The notes beneath the pieces were generated by a model. That model was not told where the DNA came from and made no database searches. It was given only the letters and a program-made list of their open reading frames with translations. Shown here in pieces: positions 1 through 9,946 of a stretch of DNA of 51,376 nt. The DNA is from Candidatus Zixiibacteriota bacterium (GTDB lineage: Bacteria; Zixibacteria; MSB-5A5; UM-FILTER-46-8), in assembly GCA_014730175.1 (NCBI GenBank), contig WJIR01000031.1, positions 1 to 51,376 on the forward strand, written 5' to 3'. The stretch's first letter is position 1. The number at the start of each line of letters is the position of its first letter. The translations under genes and the position numbers were made by a program.

Positions 1-142
1 AGAGATGGTGATGCCCGGGGATAACGTATCGGTAAAAGGAGAGTTGATAACACCGATAGCGATGGAGGAAGGGCTGCGATTCGCGATAAGAGAAGGCGGA
101 AGAACTATCGGCTCGGGCGTTATCAGTAAGATAATCGAATAA
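1..142 (+). CDS. tuf: Elongation factor Tu, 3' end only (gene starts upstream of window)
   Basis: The frame from nt 2 reads [46 protein letters not shown], then TAA at 140-142. This is the conserved EF-Tu C-terminus, in the canonical position just upstream of rpsJ. Confidence 0.9.
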   Translation, partial: EMVMPGDNVSVKGELITPIAMEEGLRFAIREGGRTIGSGVISKIIE

Positions 143-174
143 TAGTTAGATTGTTTAAATATTAAGAGAGAACG

Positions 175-492
175 ATGACGAACTTAGAAGGTCAGAAAAT
201 TAGAATACGATTGAGGGCGTACGACCATAATGCGCTGGATCGCTCCACCAAGGAAATCGCCCGGACGGTTCAGAGAACCGGTGCGAAATTAAAGGGTCCG
301 GTTCCTTTACCGACCAAAAGAACTGTATATACTGTCTTACGTTCTCCGAATGTTGACAAAAAGTCGCGGGAGCAATTCGAAACCCGGATTCATAAGAGAT
401 TAATTGACATATACGAATCAAACCAGCAGACCGTAGATGCTTTGATGAAACTGGATTTACCTGCTGGAGTTGATGTTGAAATCAAGGTTTGA
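175..492 (+). CDS. rpsJ: 30S ribosomal protein S10
   Basis: 105 aa with the S10 signature ([25 protein letters not shown]). First gene of the S10 operon. Ends in TGA, which shows TGA is a normal stop in this genome. Confidence 0.96.
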   Translation: MTNLEGQKIRIRLRAYDHNALDRSTKEIARTVQRTGAKLKGPVPLPTKRTVYTVLRSPNVDKKSREQFETRIHKRLIDIYESNQQTVDALMKLDLPAGVDVEIKV

Positions 493-513
493 TAGACCGC
501 GATTGGAGTAGTT

Positions 514-1362
514 ATGGCAGACGAAAAAGAACAACAAAAACCCGAAGAATCGGCCGTAGAACAGGAAGAACCGAAAGAGACTCCGGAGGATAATACTGAG
601 GAGCAGGCTTCGGCTGAGGCTCAAGACAAGGCGCCGGAGGAATCGGCTGCGGAAGAACCGCCGGTCGAGACTGTGGAAGAGAAGTCTGAAGAGGAACCGA
701 AGAAGAAACCCGTTTTTCCGGTTAAATTTATCCTCGGAAGGAAGCTGGGAATGGGCAGCGTCTACGATGTGGACGGGAATGTAATACCGGTAACCTATAT
801 CGAAGCCGGTCCATGTTATGTAACCCAGATAAAAGACACTGATAAGGACGGTTATAACTCGGTTCAAATAGCGTTCGGTTCGAAAAGGAAAAAGCACATA
901 AATAAACCGCTGTTCGGTCATCTTAAGAAAGCCGGTATCGAATCGGCCAAGCACTTAAAGGAAGTGCGAGTTAACGATACCGCGGATATTGAGCTCGGGC
1001 AGGAGGTTAAAGTTGATATTTTTTCCACTGGCGACATGGTGAACATTACCGGTACCAGCAAGGGTTTGGGATTTCAAGGCACGGTGAGAAGACACGGTTT
1101 TGCCGGAGGCCCAAAAACCCACGGCCAGTCGGATAGACTGCGCGCCCCGGGCTCGATCGGGCAATCTTCGGATCCATCCAGAGTTTTCAAGGGGATCCGC
1201 ATGCCAGGCAGAATGGGTAATGATACGGTTACCACGAAGAACCTCAAAGTTGTTGCCATTGACGAGGAGAACAACTGCTTGGTTGTAAAGGGTGCGGTAC
1301 CGGGAAAAAGAAACAGTTTCGTGAAAGTAGCGGTCTCTAATCGGACTCAAGCTCAGGCTTAA
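514..1362 (+). CDS. rplC: 50S ribosomal protein L3 with an acidic N-terminal extension of about 70 aa
   Basis: The conserved L3 core starts at ILGRKLGMGSVYD and includes GFQGTVRRHGF..GP.THGQSDR.RAPGSIG. GGAG lies 6 nt upstream of the ATG at 514. No alternative start lies near the conserved core. Confidence 0.93.
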   Translation: MADEKEQQKPEESAVEQEEPKETPEDNTEEQASAEAQDKAPEESAAEEPPVETVEEKSEEEPKKKPVFPVKFILGRKLGMGSVYDVDGNVIPVTYIEAGPCYVTQIKDTDKDGYNSVQIAFGSKRKKHINKPLFGHLKKAGIESAKHLKEVRVNDTADIELGQEVKVDIFSTGDMVNITGTSKGLGFQGTVRRHGFAGGPKTHGQSDRLRAPGSIGQSSDPSRVFKGIRMPGRMGNDTVTTKNLKVVAIDEENNCLVVKGAVPGKRNSFVKVAVSNRTQAQA

Positions 1363-1373
1363 GGATTTAGAAG

Positions 1374-2003
1374 ATGTTAGAAGTTCAAAGTTATTCAAGC
1401 GATGGCGTAGAGAAGGGAAAAGTGACTCTACCCGAGAGTGTATTCGGAAAAGAGGTAAAGGAAGCACCGGTACATTCGTATGTTAAAGGTTTTCTCAGAA
1501 ATCAGAGGCAGGGCAGCGCTGATACGCTGCAGAGAAATGCTGTTCGGGGCGGAGGAGCCAAGCCCTGGAGACAGAAGGGAACCGGTCGATCCAGGGCTGG
1601 AACGAACACATCGCCGCTCTGGATTGGTGGAGGACGGGCTTTCGGTCCTCATCCACGGGATCATAGTCGTAAGATGCCCAAAAAGCTCAAACGCGCTGCG
1701 CTGGTTTCATCTCTCTCGGATAAGGCACAGGACGGTAAGGTGGTTGTCCTTGAAATACCGACTTTCGAATCTCCTCGCACCAAATCAGTGGCTTCACTTT
1801 TGGAAAGAATGGGAGTATCGAAAAATAAAGTCTTATTTCTCTTGACTGAAAGGAATGATAACTTTATACTGTCATGCCGGAATCTAAAGAATGTACAGTG
1901 TATTAGGGCTACACAAGCTAATGCCTACAGTGTACTTTGGGCTGATTACCTGCTTGTTTCACCTGATAGTATTTCGACCTTAGAGGAGATGTTTGGAAAA
2001 TGA
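1374..2003 (+). CDS. rplD: 50S ribosomal protein L4
   Basis: 209 aa with L4 motifs (RGGG.KPWRQKGTGRSRAG...SPLW.GGG..FGP). Operon order is as expected. Overlaps rplW by ATGA. Confidence 0.95.
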   Translation: MLEVQSYSSDGVEKGKVTLPESVFGKEVKEAPVHSYVKGFLRNQRQGSADTLQRNAVRGGGAKPWRQKGTGRSRAGTNTSPLWIGGGRAFGPHPRDHSRKMPKKLKRAALVSSLSDKAQDGKVVVLEIPTFESPRTKSVASLLERMGVSKNKVLFLLTERNDNFILSCRNLKNVQCIRATQANAYSVLWADYLLVSPDSISTLEEMFGK

Positions 2004-2290
2004 AGCAACACCGCGACATCTTACAATTAGCAATGATTACCGAGAAAGGTTCTAACCTTCAGGAGACCGCTAACCAGTACTTTTTTAAGGTTGCGCCTGA
2101 AGCCAATAAGATAGAGATAAAAAGGGCGGTGGAGAAGCTCTTTGACGTAAAGGTGAAGTCGGTTCGCACCATGAATATGCGTGGTAAGATAAAGACTTTG
2201 GGCAGGTTTTCCGGCAAGCGACCTAATTGGAAAAAAGCAGTGGTTACGCTTCACGAAGGACAGAAAATAGACTTGGTTGAGGCGATCTAA
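2000..2290 (+). CDS. rplW: 50S ribosomal protein L23
   Basis: 96 aa with L23-like sequence (ITEKGS....NQYFFKV...ANKIEIKRAVEKLF.VKV). Operon order is as expected. Confidence 0.94.
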   Translation: MKQHRDILQLAMITEKGSNLQETANQYFFKVAPEANKIEIKRAVEKLFDVKVKSVRTMNMRGKIKTLGRFSGKRPNWKKAVVTLHEGQKIDLVEAI

Positions 2291-2304
2291 TTTAGCGGAG
2301 ATTA

Positions 2305-3129
2305 ATGATGGGACTCAGGAAATATAAACCATATACACCAAGCCTTCGCTGGAAGCAAACATCCGATTTCGAGGAGATAACTAAATCCAAACCGGAGAAG
2401 TCTCTCTTACGCTCGCTGAAGAAACACGGCGGCAGGAATAATCATGGTCGGATCACCACCAGGCATCGCGGCGGCGGGCACAAAAGACGCCTGCGGATGG
2501 TCGATTTCAGAAGGGATAAAATCGGTGTAGCTGCTCATGTTATAGGTATCGAGTATGATCCTAACCGTTCGGCAAACCTGGCATTGCTTCAGTATGAGGA
2601 TGGCGAGAAAAGATACATCCTGGCTCCGCTTGGATTGCGGGTGGGCGATACGGTGAAATCGGGCGAGGATGTTGAATTCAAGGTCGGTAATGCGATGCCG
2701 CTGGCGAGAATACCGCTCGGTTTGAGTGTTCATAATATTGAATTACAGAAAGGCAAGGGAGGTCAGTTAGCTCGCAGCGCCGGTTCGTTTGCGGAATTGG
2801 TAGCAAAGGAAGGGAAGTTCGCTCACCTGAAATTGCCGTCTGGAGAGGTTAGACTGGTGCATCAGGTGAATTATGCAACCATTGGTCAGATAGGTAATAT
2901 TGATCATGAAAACGTGGTTTCCGGTAAAGCCGGTCGATCCCGCTGGTTGGGTGTCCGTCCTACGGTTCGAGGGGTTGCGATGAATCCTGTCGATCACCCG
3001 ATGGGTGGCGGTGAGGGACGCAGTTCCGGCGGCAGGCATCCTTGTTCTCCTTGGGGCAAACTGTCTAAGGGGATGAAAACCCGTGGTAGGAAACAATCGG
3101 ATAGATATATTGTCAAACGCCGAAAGTAG
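2305..3129 (+). CDS. rplB: 50S ribosomal protein L2
   Basis: 274 aa with L2 motifs ([47 protein letters not shown]). The start may be the second ATG at 2308. Confidence 0.95.
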   Translation: MMGLRKYKPYTPSLRWKQTSDFEEITKSKPEKSLLRSLKKHGGRNNHGRITTRHRGGGHKRRLRMVDFRRDKIGVAAHVIGIEYDPNRSANLALLQYEDGEKRYILAPLGLRVGDTVKSGEDVEFKVGNAMPLARIPLGLSVHNIELQKGKGGQLARSAGSFAELVAKEGKFAHLKLPSGEVRLVHQVNYATIGQIGNIDHENVVSGKAGRSRWLGVRPTVRGVAMNPVDHPMGGGEGRSSGGRHPCSPWGKLSKGMKTRGRKQSDRYIVKRRK

Positions 3130-3154
3130 AGAATTGGTAGAGGAGTTGTTATAG

Positions 3155-3442
3155 ATGGCAAGGTCTTTGAAAAAGGGTCCATATATTGAACCGAACTTGA
3201 TGAAGAAGGTGGAAGAATTAAACAGAACGCATGCCAAGAAGGTTGTAAGAACCTGGGCGAGACGATCGACCATTCCGCCGGAATTTGTGGGCCATACTAT
3301 AGCTGTGCATAATGGGAACAAATTTATTCCTGTATTCATTACGGAGAATATGGTTGGTCATAAGTTGGGCGAATTCGCCCCGACCAGGATATTCAGAGGA
3401 CACGGCGGTAAATTGACCGAGCGGAAACTATCTTTAAAGTAA
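3155..3442 (+). CDS. rpsS: 30S ribosomal protein S19
   Basis: 95 aa, [12 protein letters not shown]...[28 protein letters not shown]. Confidence 0.96.
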   Translation: MARSLKKGPYIEPNLMKKVEELNRTHAKKVVRTWARRSTIPPEFVGHTIAVHNGNKFIPVFITENMVGHKLGEFAPTRIFRGHGGKLTERKLSLK

Positions 3443-3454
3443 GGGCAGAGTACC

Positions 3455-3865
3455 GTGGAATTTAGAGCGAAGCTGAAATATGTAAGAATGGGTCCGAGAA
3501 AGATACGAAGGGTCGCCGAGCTGGTCAAGGGGATGTCTGTGGAAGAAGCCATGGAGACTCTTTATTATATACCGAAAGCGGCCGCCCGTCCTTTGATGCA
3601 GACGATAAAATCGGCGACATCCAATGCGCTTAATGCCGAAGATTCAGGCAAAATGAGAACCGAGGATTTATTCATAAAGGAGATTCGTATCGACGGCGGT
3701 CCTATCTGGAAACGTATCCGTCCGGCGCCGATGGGCAGGGCGTATCGAATTCGTAAGCGCACCTCGCACCTGAGCGTAAGATTGGGAGTCGATCCCAAAA
3801 GGGTGAAAGCGATTCAGAAGGAGAAAGCTAAAGCTAAAACAAAAGCTAAATCCTCGAAGGTTTAG
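3455..3865 (+). CDS. rplV: 50S ribosomal protein L22 (Lys/Ala-rich C-terminal tail)
   Basis: GTG start, 136 aa. L22 core: A.LKYVRMGPRKIRRVAELV.G....EA...L. Confidence 0.94.
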   Translation: MEFRAKLKYVRMGPRKIRRVAELVKGMSVEEAMETLYYIPKAAARPLMQTIKSATSNALNAEDSGKMRTEDLFIKEIRIDGGPIWKRIRPAPMGRAYRIRKRTSHLSVRLGVDPKRVKAIQKEKAKAKTKAKSSKV

Positions 3866-3930
3866 TTGAATTTACCGTAGACAGGTTGATTATAATGTAT
3901 GCGACGAAAGTAAGGTTTTTGGAGGAATAA

Positions 3931-4830
3931 TTGGGACAGAAGACACACCCGGTTGGTTTTAGATTAGGAGTAATAAAATCCTGGAACTCGAAGTGGTTCG
4001 CGGAGAAAAATTTCGCAAACCTTCTCGAAGAGGATCTTCTTATAAGAAGGTATACGGAGAAGCGTCTGGAACATGCCGGGCTATCCAGGATTGAGATACT
4101 CCGTGCGCCTAAGAGGGTGACTGTTGATATTCATACCGCAAAACCGGGCGTTGTGATCGGGCGAAAGGGCGCTGAAGTCGACAAACTGAGAGAGGAGCTT
4201 CAGCTTCTGACCAGTAAAGAGACGTTGCTTAATATTATAGAAGTTAAGAAACCGGAGCTGGATGCCAGCTTGGTCGCTCAAGGCATCGCCAAGCAGCTTG
4301 AGGGACGAATATCATTCCGTCGCGCCATGAAGAAGGCTGTAACTGCAGCCATGAAAATGGGAGCGGAAGGTATAAAAGTGATGTGTGGCGGTAGGCTTGC
4401 CGGCGCTGAGATCGCACGGACCGAGAAGTATCACCAGGGCCGGGTTCCGCTTCATACTCTGCGCGCCGATATCGACTACGCCACAGCTACGGCGAGAACA
4501 ACTTACGGCGCAATCGGAGTCAAGGTTTGGATCTGTAAAGGTGAAGTGTATGGTGCAATGGATGAGCAAGCAGAAGAGCTAAGCGCACCGGAGAGAAGGC
4601 CAGCCGAGGGCAAAAGGGGCAGGACGAAGAAAGGTGAAGCGCCAAAGCGTCGCAGGCGGAGAAGAAGACCTAAGGGCGCCGAACGAGGCGAGGGTAAACA
4701 ATCAGCGGAACGTTCGAAGCCGGAGGATAGTAAAAGCGCTCCCAGGAAAGATTCCAGCAGAGGATCTAAGGATTCCAGACCGGCCGGCGGCGAAGATGTA
4801 AAGAAGGAGGACGGCGATGTTAATGCCTAA
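3931..4830 (+). CDS. rpsC: 30S ribosomal protein S3 with a charged C-terminal extension of about 90 aa
   Basis: TTG start preceded by [30 protein letters not shown] and the KH domain are present. The conserved core ends near [11 protein letters not shown]. The rest is an R/K/E/S-rich tail that includes RRRRRRP. Confidence 0.94.
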   Translation: MGQKTHPVGFRLGVIKSWNSKWFAEKNFANLLEEDLLIRRYTEKRLEHAGLSRIEILRAPKRVTVDIHTAKPGVVIGRKGAEVDKLREELQLLTSKETLLNIIEVKKPELDASLVAQGIAKQLEGRISFRRAMKKAVTAAMKMGAEGIKVMCGGRLAGAEIARTEKYHQGRVPLHTLRADIDYATATARTTYGAIGVKVWICKGEVYGAMDEQAEELSAPERRPAEGKRGRTKKGEAPKRRRRRRRPKGAERGEGKQSAERSKPEDSKSAPRKDSSRGSKDSRPAGGEDVKKEDGDVNA

Positions 4831-5224
4831 GAGGGTCAAGTACCGCCGACTGCACCGTGGTAGAATGACCGGTAAATCTTATAGAGGTTCAAGGGTGAGT
4901 TTTGGTGATTTCGGTTTGAAAGCTATGCAGTCTGCATGGATCACCAACAGGCAAATCGAAGCTGCTCGTGTGGCATTGACCCGGCATATTAAAAGAGGCG
5001 GAAAAGTTTGGATCCGTATTTTCCCCGATAAATCTATCACAAAGAAACCGGCCGAAACTCGAATGGGTAAAGGAAAGGGCGTTCCCGAGGGATGGGTTGC
5101 GGTAGTGAAACCGGGACGTATTATGTTTGAAGTACAAGGAGTCCCCGAGGAATTGGCGAAGGAGGCAATGCAATTAGCTGCATCCAAATTACCGATCAAA
5201 ACGAAGTTTGTAGGCCGTACTTAG
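4817..5224 (+). CDS. rplP: 50S ribosomal protein L16
   Basis: 135 aa, [17 protein letters not shown] with an L16 core. Overlaps the 3' end of rpsC by 14 nt. Confidence 0.95.
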   Translation: MLMPKRVKYRRLHRGRMTGKSYRGSRVSFGDFGLKAMQSAWITNRQIEAARVALTRHIKRGGKVWIRIFPDKSITKKPAETRMGKGKGVPEGWVAVVKPGRIMFEVQGVPEELAKEAMQLAASKLPIKTKFVGRT

Positions 5225-5236
5225 AAAAGAGTGAGG

Positions 5237-5500
5237 ATGGAGATGTTTACAGCGAGTCAGATACGAGATATGACCATAGATGAAATCAAGCATCAACTAA
5301 GCGATATGGAAGATGAGTATTTCAATCTGAGGTTTCGTCGTTCATTCCAGCAGTTGGAGAATCCTCTAAAAATAAGGACCCTAAGACGGGATATAGCGCG
5401 GATCAGGACCATACTTCACGAGCATGAGATCGGCGTTAGAGAGCTTCATACGGCTACGGAGGATATAGTCGATGGGTCTGTCGAGGAAGAATCGAAATAG
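5237..5500 (+). CDS. rpmC: 50S ribosomal protein L29 (with C-terminal extension)
   Basis: L29 core: IRDMTIDEIKHQL.....EYFNLRFR......ENP.KIR..RRDIARI.T. The start is ambiguous: GTG 5231, ATG 5237 or ATG 5243. Confidence 0.9.
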   Translation: MEMFTASQIRDMTIDEIKHQLSDMEDEYFNLRFRRSFQQLENPLKIRTLRRDIARIRTILHEHEIGVRELHTATEDIVDGSVEEESK

Positions 5501-5515
5501 TATTTGAGGATATAA

Positions 5516-5773
5516 ATGTCTGAGAGAAGTTACAGAAAAGTCAGGATTGGCAAAGTAGTTTCCAATAGAATGAACAAAACTGCGATAGTCACTTTCGAGC
5601 GGAGAAAGCAGCATCCGGTTTATGGTAAGACAGTAAAGGCCACATCGAAGTTGTATGTGCACGATGAAAAAAACGACTGCAATATAGGAGATATGGTAAA
5701 GGTTATGGAAACCCGTCCAATTTCGAAGCTTAAGCGATGGCGTCTGGTTGGGGTCTTGGAGAGAGCTAAATAA
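5516..5773 (+). CDS. rpsQ: 30S ribosomal protein S17
   Basis: 85 aa with S17 motifs (G.VVSNRM.KT..V...R...HP.Y.K.....K...HDE.N....GD.V...E.RP.SK.K.W). Confidence 0.95.
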   Translation: MSERSYRKVRIGKVVSNRMNKTAIVTFERRKQHPVYGKTVKATSKLYVHDEKNDCNIGDMVKVMETRPISKLKRWRLVGVLERAK

Positions 5774-5817
5774 ATTTGGACTTATGCCGTGGATTGTAGA
5801 ATTGGTTTGAGGAAAAG

Positions 5818-6186
5818 ATGATTCAGGAATATTCGAGATTGACAGTTGCCGATAATTCGGGCGCCAGAGAAGTTATGTGTTTTCGCGTCCTCGGCGGTTC
5901 CAGGCGAAGATATGCTCGAGTTGGCGACATAATCGTGGTTTCGGTGAAAGACGCCATACCGGGCGGAGCCGTTAAGAAGAAGGATGTTTGCAAAGCGGTT
6001 GTGGTGCGAACGAAACGCGGAATCCGTAGAAGGGACGGATCTTATATCAGGTTCTCCGATAATGCTGCGGTAATCATCAACGAACAGAAAGAGCCTCGGG
6101 GAACCCGTATCTTCGGCCCGGTTGCCAGGGAGCTCCGTGAGAAGCAATTTATGAAAATCGTTTCCTTAGCGCCGGAGGTTTTGTAG
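5818..6186 (+). CDS. rplN: 50S ribosomal protein L14
   Basis: 122 aa, [31 protein letters not shown]. Highly conserved L14. Confidence 0.96.
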   Translation: MIQEYSRLTVADNSGAREVMCFRVLGGSRRRYARVGDIIVVSVKDAIPGGAVKKKDVCKAVVVRTKRGIRRRDGSYIRFSDNAAVIINEQKEPRGTRIFGPVARELREKQFMKIVSLAPEVL

Positions 6187-6205
6187 CTCGAGAACGAGGT
6201 TGATT

Positions 6206-6514
6206 ATGAGAATCAAAAAAGGTGATAATGTTAAAGTAGTAGCAGGAAATGACAAGGGTAAAATAGGTAAGGTTCTTGTCGTGTATCCTGAACGGAATCG
6301 AGTAATCGTGGAAGGTGTAAACCTGATTAAGCGGCATACACGTCCCACAACCAGGAATAGAAAAGGCGGGATCATTCAGAAAGAAGCTCCGATCAGCGCC
6401 TCTAATGTTATGTATTACGATACTGTGAATAATCACGTATGCAAAATAGGTATGAGGAAATTGGCGGACGGCAAACGAGTTCGGATCAACAAAAAGTCCG
6501 GCGAGGTTATTTAG
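6206..6514 (+). CDS. rplX: 50S ribosomal protein L24
   Basis: [22 protein letters not shown] (KOW motif). GAGG lies 6 nt upstream of ATG 6206. The ORF track starts at TTG 6200. Confidence 0.93.
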   Translation: MRIKKGDNVKVVAGNDKGKIGKVLVVYPERNRVIVEGVNLIKRHTRPTTRNRKGGIIQKEAPISASNVMYYDTVNNHVCKIGMRKLADGKRVRINKKSGEVI

Positions 6515-6530
6515 AGGTAAGGCAGAAGTT

Positions 6531-7100
6531 ATGGCAAGATTAAAGGAACGATATCTAAATGAAATACGCCCTGCTTTGATGAAACGGTTCGGGTACAAGA
6601 ACATAATGGAAGCGCCGTATATTCAGAGAATAGTCGTCAATGTTGGCGTGGGCGAAGCAATTGTTAACGCAAAGTTATTGGAAGCGGCGGTTGCGGAATT
6701 GACATCGATCACCGGGCAGAAGCCGATCATCAGGCGAGCCCGCAAGTCGATCTCGAATTTCAAGTTGCGTGCCGGTATGCCTGTTGGGGCATGTGTGACT
6801 TTACGAAGAGAGCGTATGTATGAATTTCTGGATCGATTTATCAGTGTCGCGATACCGCGAATCCGAGATTTCCGTGGTTTGAATCCAAATGGTTTCGATG
6901 GGAGAGGCAACTACAATATCGGTATTACCGAGCAGATTGTTTTTCCCGAAATAGATTATGACAAAGTGGAGAAGGTGAGGGGTCTGGGAATTACTTTCGT
7001 AACTTCGGCTAAGACCGATGAAGAGGCTTATGAACTACTGAAGTTCTTCGGTATGCCGTTTCGCAGGAGTAGCGCCGAATCGGAAGCGGCAGTAGCCTGA
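6531..7100 (+). CDS. rplE: 50S ribosomal protein L5
   Basis: 189 aa, [21 protein letters not shown]....IV.N.GVGEA. Ends in TGA. Confidence 0.95.
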   Translation: MARLKERYLNEIRPALMKRFGYKNIMEAPYIQRIVVNVGVGEAIVNAKLLEAAVAELTSITGQKPIIRRARKSISNFKLRAGMPVGACVTLRRERMYEFLDRFISVAIPRIRDFRGLNPNGFDGRGNYNIGITEQIVFPEIDYDKVEKVRGLGITFVTSAKTDEEAYELLKFFGMPFRRSSAESEAAVA

Positions 7101-7122
7101 TCACCTATCCGGAGAAAGATAT

Positions 7123-7308
7123 ATGGCAAAGAAATGTAAAGTTGAGAAATGGAAGCGTAAACCGAAATTCAAGGTTCGGCGGCATAATCGTTGTCATTTA
7201 TGCGGGCGACCTCGAGGATATATCAGGAAATTCGGTATATGCAGAATATGCTTTAGATTGTTAGCGCTCAAAGGGGATATCCCCGGCGTGGTTAAAGCGA
7301 GTTGGTAA
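7123..7308 (+). CDS. rpsN: 30S ribosomal protein S14, short zinc-binding (type Z) form
   Basis: 61 aa with a CxxC...CxxC zinc ribbon ([20 protein letters not shown]) and the C-terminal KASW. Confidence 0.95.
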   Translation: MAKKCKVEKWKRKPKFKVRRHNRCHLCGRPRGYIRKFGICRICFRLLALKGDIPGVVKASW

Positions 7309-7342
7309 GATTAAGTTGCGAGGATTACGGAGGACTTATTAA

Positions 7343-7741
7343 ATGTCAATGACAGATCCCGTTGCGGATATGTTAACAAGAATTCGGAATGGATCTAAAG
7401 CGAGAAAAAGATTCGTTGATATTCCAGGTTCAAAGATAAAAGAACAGATCGCTCGCGTGCTTCGCGACAGCGATTTTATCTCAAAATATGCTGTCGTTCC
7501 CGACAATAAACAGGGAATTCTGAGAGTTAAGCTGCGATATACGCCCGAACATGAAGAGGTCTTCTCCGGCTTGGCAAGAGTGAGTAGACCGGGACGCAGG
7601 ATTTATCTGTCATGTGATCAAATCCGCGCCAAGAAACGGTTGTTAGGAACACTCGTCATTTCGACCTCGCAAGGCGTAATAACCGAGGAGGAAGCTATCA
7701 AGAGAGGTATCGGCGGCGAAGCGGTTTGTAGAATTTGGTAA
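7343..7741 (+). CDS. rpsH: 30S ribosomal protein S8
   Basis: 132 aa, MSMTDPVADMLTRIRNG with an S8 C-terminus (GGE..C..W). Confidence 0.95.
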   Translation: MSMTDPVADMLTRIRNGSKARKRFVDIPGSKIKEQIARVLRDSDFISKYAVVPDNKQGILRVKLRYTPEHEEVFSGLARVSRPGRRIYLSCDQIRAKKRLLGTLVISTSQGVITEEEAIKRGIGGEAVCRIW

Positions 7742-7766
7742 CGCTTCAGATTAAGAGGATTTAAAA

Positions 7767-8306
7767 GTGTCTCGTATCGGAAAAGCACCTATAGAAATAT
7801 CGAAAGGCGCCAATGTGGAGTTAAAGGGCAGGAAGGTTCATGTATCCGGGCCCAATGGTGAGCTCGATTATACCTTGAATCCCGGAATTGATGTTAAGAT
7901 AGAGGATGATCAGGTTGTGGTAACCAGAGCATCCGATTCAAAGCCGCATCGTTCACTTCACGGTTTAACCCGGGCGCTTATCGCTAATATGATTACCGGA
8001 GTAACCTCCGGTTTTACTAAAGAACTTGAGATATTGGGCGTGGGATTCCGCGCCGAGTTGTCTGGCAATTTGTTAAAGCTGACGCTTGGTTTCTCGCATG
8101 AGATATTGCTGCAACCGGCTCCGGGAATCAAGTTCGTACTCGAGGGTAACAACAAGATTAAAGTCACCGGACACGATAAACAGCTTGTTGGCGAAACCGC
8201 TGCCTTCATTCGTTCGTTAAGACCACCCGAGCCTTACAAGGGCAAAGGGATCAGGTATGCAGGCGAACACGTCAGGAGAAAAGCGGGTAAGACTGCCGGA
8301 GCATAG
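7767..8306 (+). CDS. rplF: 50S ribosomal protein L6
   Basis: GTG start, 179 aa. MSRIGK.PI...........G....V.GP.GEL and PEPYKGKGIRY.GE.VRRK.GK. Confidence 0.95.
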   Translation: MSRIGKAPIEISKGANVELKGRKVHVSGPNGELDYTLNPGIDVKIEDDQVVVTRASDSKPHRSLHGLTRALIANMITGVTSGFTKELEILGVGFRAELSGNLLKLTLGFSHEILLQPAPGIKFVLEGNNKIKVTGHDKQLVGETAAFIRSLRPPEPYKGKGIRYAGEHVRRKAGKTAGA

Positions 8307-8332
8307 TTGTTGATTTGTATAATGGGTAGATT

Positions 8333-8707
8333 ATGGCTGTAAAAACTATTGAAAAGGCTAAAAAGCTTAATAAACGGAAACTAAGATCCAAGCGCAAAGC
8401 GGTGGGTACTGCCGAAAAACCCCGAATGTTCGTCAGTAAATCTTTGAAGCATATTTATGTTCAGTTGATAGACGATGTCGCCGGCAAAACCTTAGCCACT
8501 GTTTCCGATCTTACTCCCGATGTCAGAAGCCAGGTTGGAGAGAAAGACAAAAAGACCGAGGTCGCAACCAAGGTTGGCAATGTGATCGCGGAGGTCGCCA
8601 AGCAGAAGGGAATTGAAGAAATAGTATTTGACCGCGGCGGTTTTCGATACCACGGTCGAGTCAAGGCGTTGGCTGAGGGAGCTCGTAAGGGCGGATTGCG
8701 ATTTTAG
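8333..8707 (+). CDS. rplR: 50S ribosomal protein L18
   Basis: 124 aa with L18 motifs (PR..V.KS.KHIY.Q.IDD..G.TLA, VFDRGGF.YHGRVKALAEGAR..GL.F). Confidence 0.95.
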   Translation: MAVKTIEKAKKLNKRKLRSKRKAVGTAEKPRMFVSKSLKHIYVQLIDDVAGKTLATVSDLTPDVRSQVGEKDKKTEVATKVGNVIAEVAKQKGIEEIVFDRGGFRYHGRVKALAEGARKGGLRF

Positions 8708-8749
8708 GAAAATCATTCAGGTATATTTATAGATTGAAGGATACCGAAT

Positions 8750-9316
8750 TTGTATAAACAAGATGAAGAACTATTAGAGTTTCAGGAAAAGGTAGTACAT
8801 ATCAACCGTGTCGCCAAGGTGGTAAAGGGTGGACGCCGATTCAGCTTCACCGCGTTGGTGGTTGCGGGTGACCGCAGAGGTAAAGTCGGAGTCGGTCTGG
8901 GGAAGGCGAATGAGGTTGCCGAAGCAATACGTAAGGGAACCGAAGCGGCTCACAAAGCCATGGTGGAGGTTCCGATTCAGGAAGGCACCATTCCTTTTCA
9001 GATCAACGGTCGTTTCGGTGCGGCACAGGTTCTACTCAAACCGGCGGCTCCCGGTACCGGCGTAATCGCAGGAGGGGGCGTCAGAGCTGTGTTGGAAGCT
9101 GCGGGCGCTACGGATATTTTGACAAAATCAATAGGTTCGCCAAATCCCCATAATATAGTAAAAGCTACTATGAACGGGCTTTTGGAATTGAACAAAGTAA
9201 CCAATGCTATAGATGTAAGAAAGCGGCAGGCTGAACGCGAACGAGAACGGGAGCAACGCAAATCGGCTGCGGCGGCGGATGCGGCAGAGAGTGTTGAAAA
9301 GAGCGATGAAGATTAA
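8750..9316 (+). CDS. rpsE: 30S ribosomal protein S5 (charged C-terminal tail)
   Basis: TTG start. S5 core: [35 protein letters not shown]. The tail is [32 protein letters not shown]. Confidence 0.94.
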   Translation: MYKQDEELLEFQEKVVHINRVAKVVKGGRRFSFTALVVAGDRRGKVGVGLGKANEVAEAIRKGTEAAHKAMVEVPIQEGTIPFQINGRFGAAQVLLKPAAPGTGVIAGGGVRAVLEAAGATDILTKSIGSPNPHNIVKATMNGLLELNKVTNAIDVRKRQAEREREREQRKSAAAADAAESVEKSDED

Positions 9317-9485
9317 GATTACTCAAATAAAAAGCGCCATCGGGCGAAAACAGAATCAAAAAAAGGTTTTGACTGCATTGGGTATTCATAAGATGCACCA
9401 GACAGTCGTTCACGAGGATTCACCCACCATAATGGGAATGGTGGACAAAGTTAAGCATCTGGTAACAGTTGAGAAACAGGATTAG
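9306..9485 (+). CDS. rpmD: 50S ribosomal protein L30
   Basis: [28 protein letters not shown]. The ATG at 9306 is in frame inside ORF 9279..9485 and overlaps the rpsE 3' end by 11 nt. Confidence 0.9.
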   Translation: MKIKITQIKSAIGRKQNQKKVLTALGIHKMHQTVVHEDSPTIMGMVDKVKHLVTVEKQD

Positions 9486-9505
9486 CGATTTAACCAGAGG
9501 TTAAG

Positions 9506-9946
9506 ATGAAATTAGGAAATCTGAGAGCCACACCCGGATCGGTAAAAAAGACCAAGCGCCTGGGCAGAGGCGCCGGATCCGGTAAGGGCAAAACATCCGG
9601 TAAGGGTCATAAAGGTCAGAAGTCCCGTAGCGGTTACAAAACGAAAGCTTATTCCGAAGGCGGTCAGATGCCTCTACAACGGCGTCTGCCCAAAAAGGGC
9701 TTTACAAATCCCTTCAGAGTCGAATATCAGCCGGTTAATCTCGAATCCCTGGAGAGATTGGGGAAAGAAGATGTGAAACTTGGCGACATTTACGACGCTT
9801 CATTAGCTCGTAATAGAAACCAACCGGTTAAGATTCTGGGCAGAGGTGAGATCACCAAAGCGATTAACGTATCCGCCCATGCATTCAGCAAATCCGCTAT
9901 ACAGAAGATAGAAGCTGCCGGGGGAAAGGTGGAGGTAATAAAGTGA
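9506..9946 (+). CDS. rplO: 50S ribosomal protein L15
   Basis: 146 aa, MKL..L....GS.K..KR.GRG.GSG.GKT.GKGHKGQK.RSG. Confidence 0.95.
   Translation: MKLGNLRATPGSVKKTKRLGRGAGSGKGKTSGKGHKGQKSRSGYKTKAYSEGGQMPLQRRLPKKGFTNPFRVEYQPVNLESLERLGKEDVKLGDIYDASLARNRNQPVKILGRGEITKAINVSAHAFSKSAIQKIEAAGGKVEVIK

Noticed and set aside
457-1467. Long antisense ORFs opposite rplC (457..954 and 955..1467, minus strand). Similar ones lie opposite rplB/rpsS (2767..3339), pdp (17804..18346), porA (38394..39044), maeB (41028..41657) and the M28 gene (29123..29623).
   Set aside because: All lie entirely inside confidently identified genes on the other strand. They have low-complexity or odd composition and no SD. These are typical shadow ORFs.
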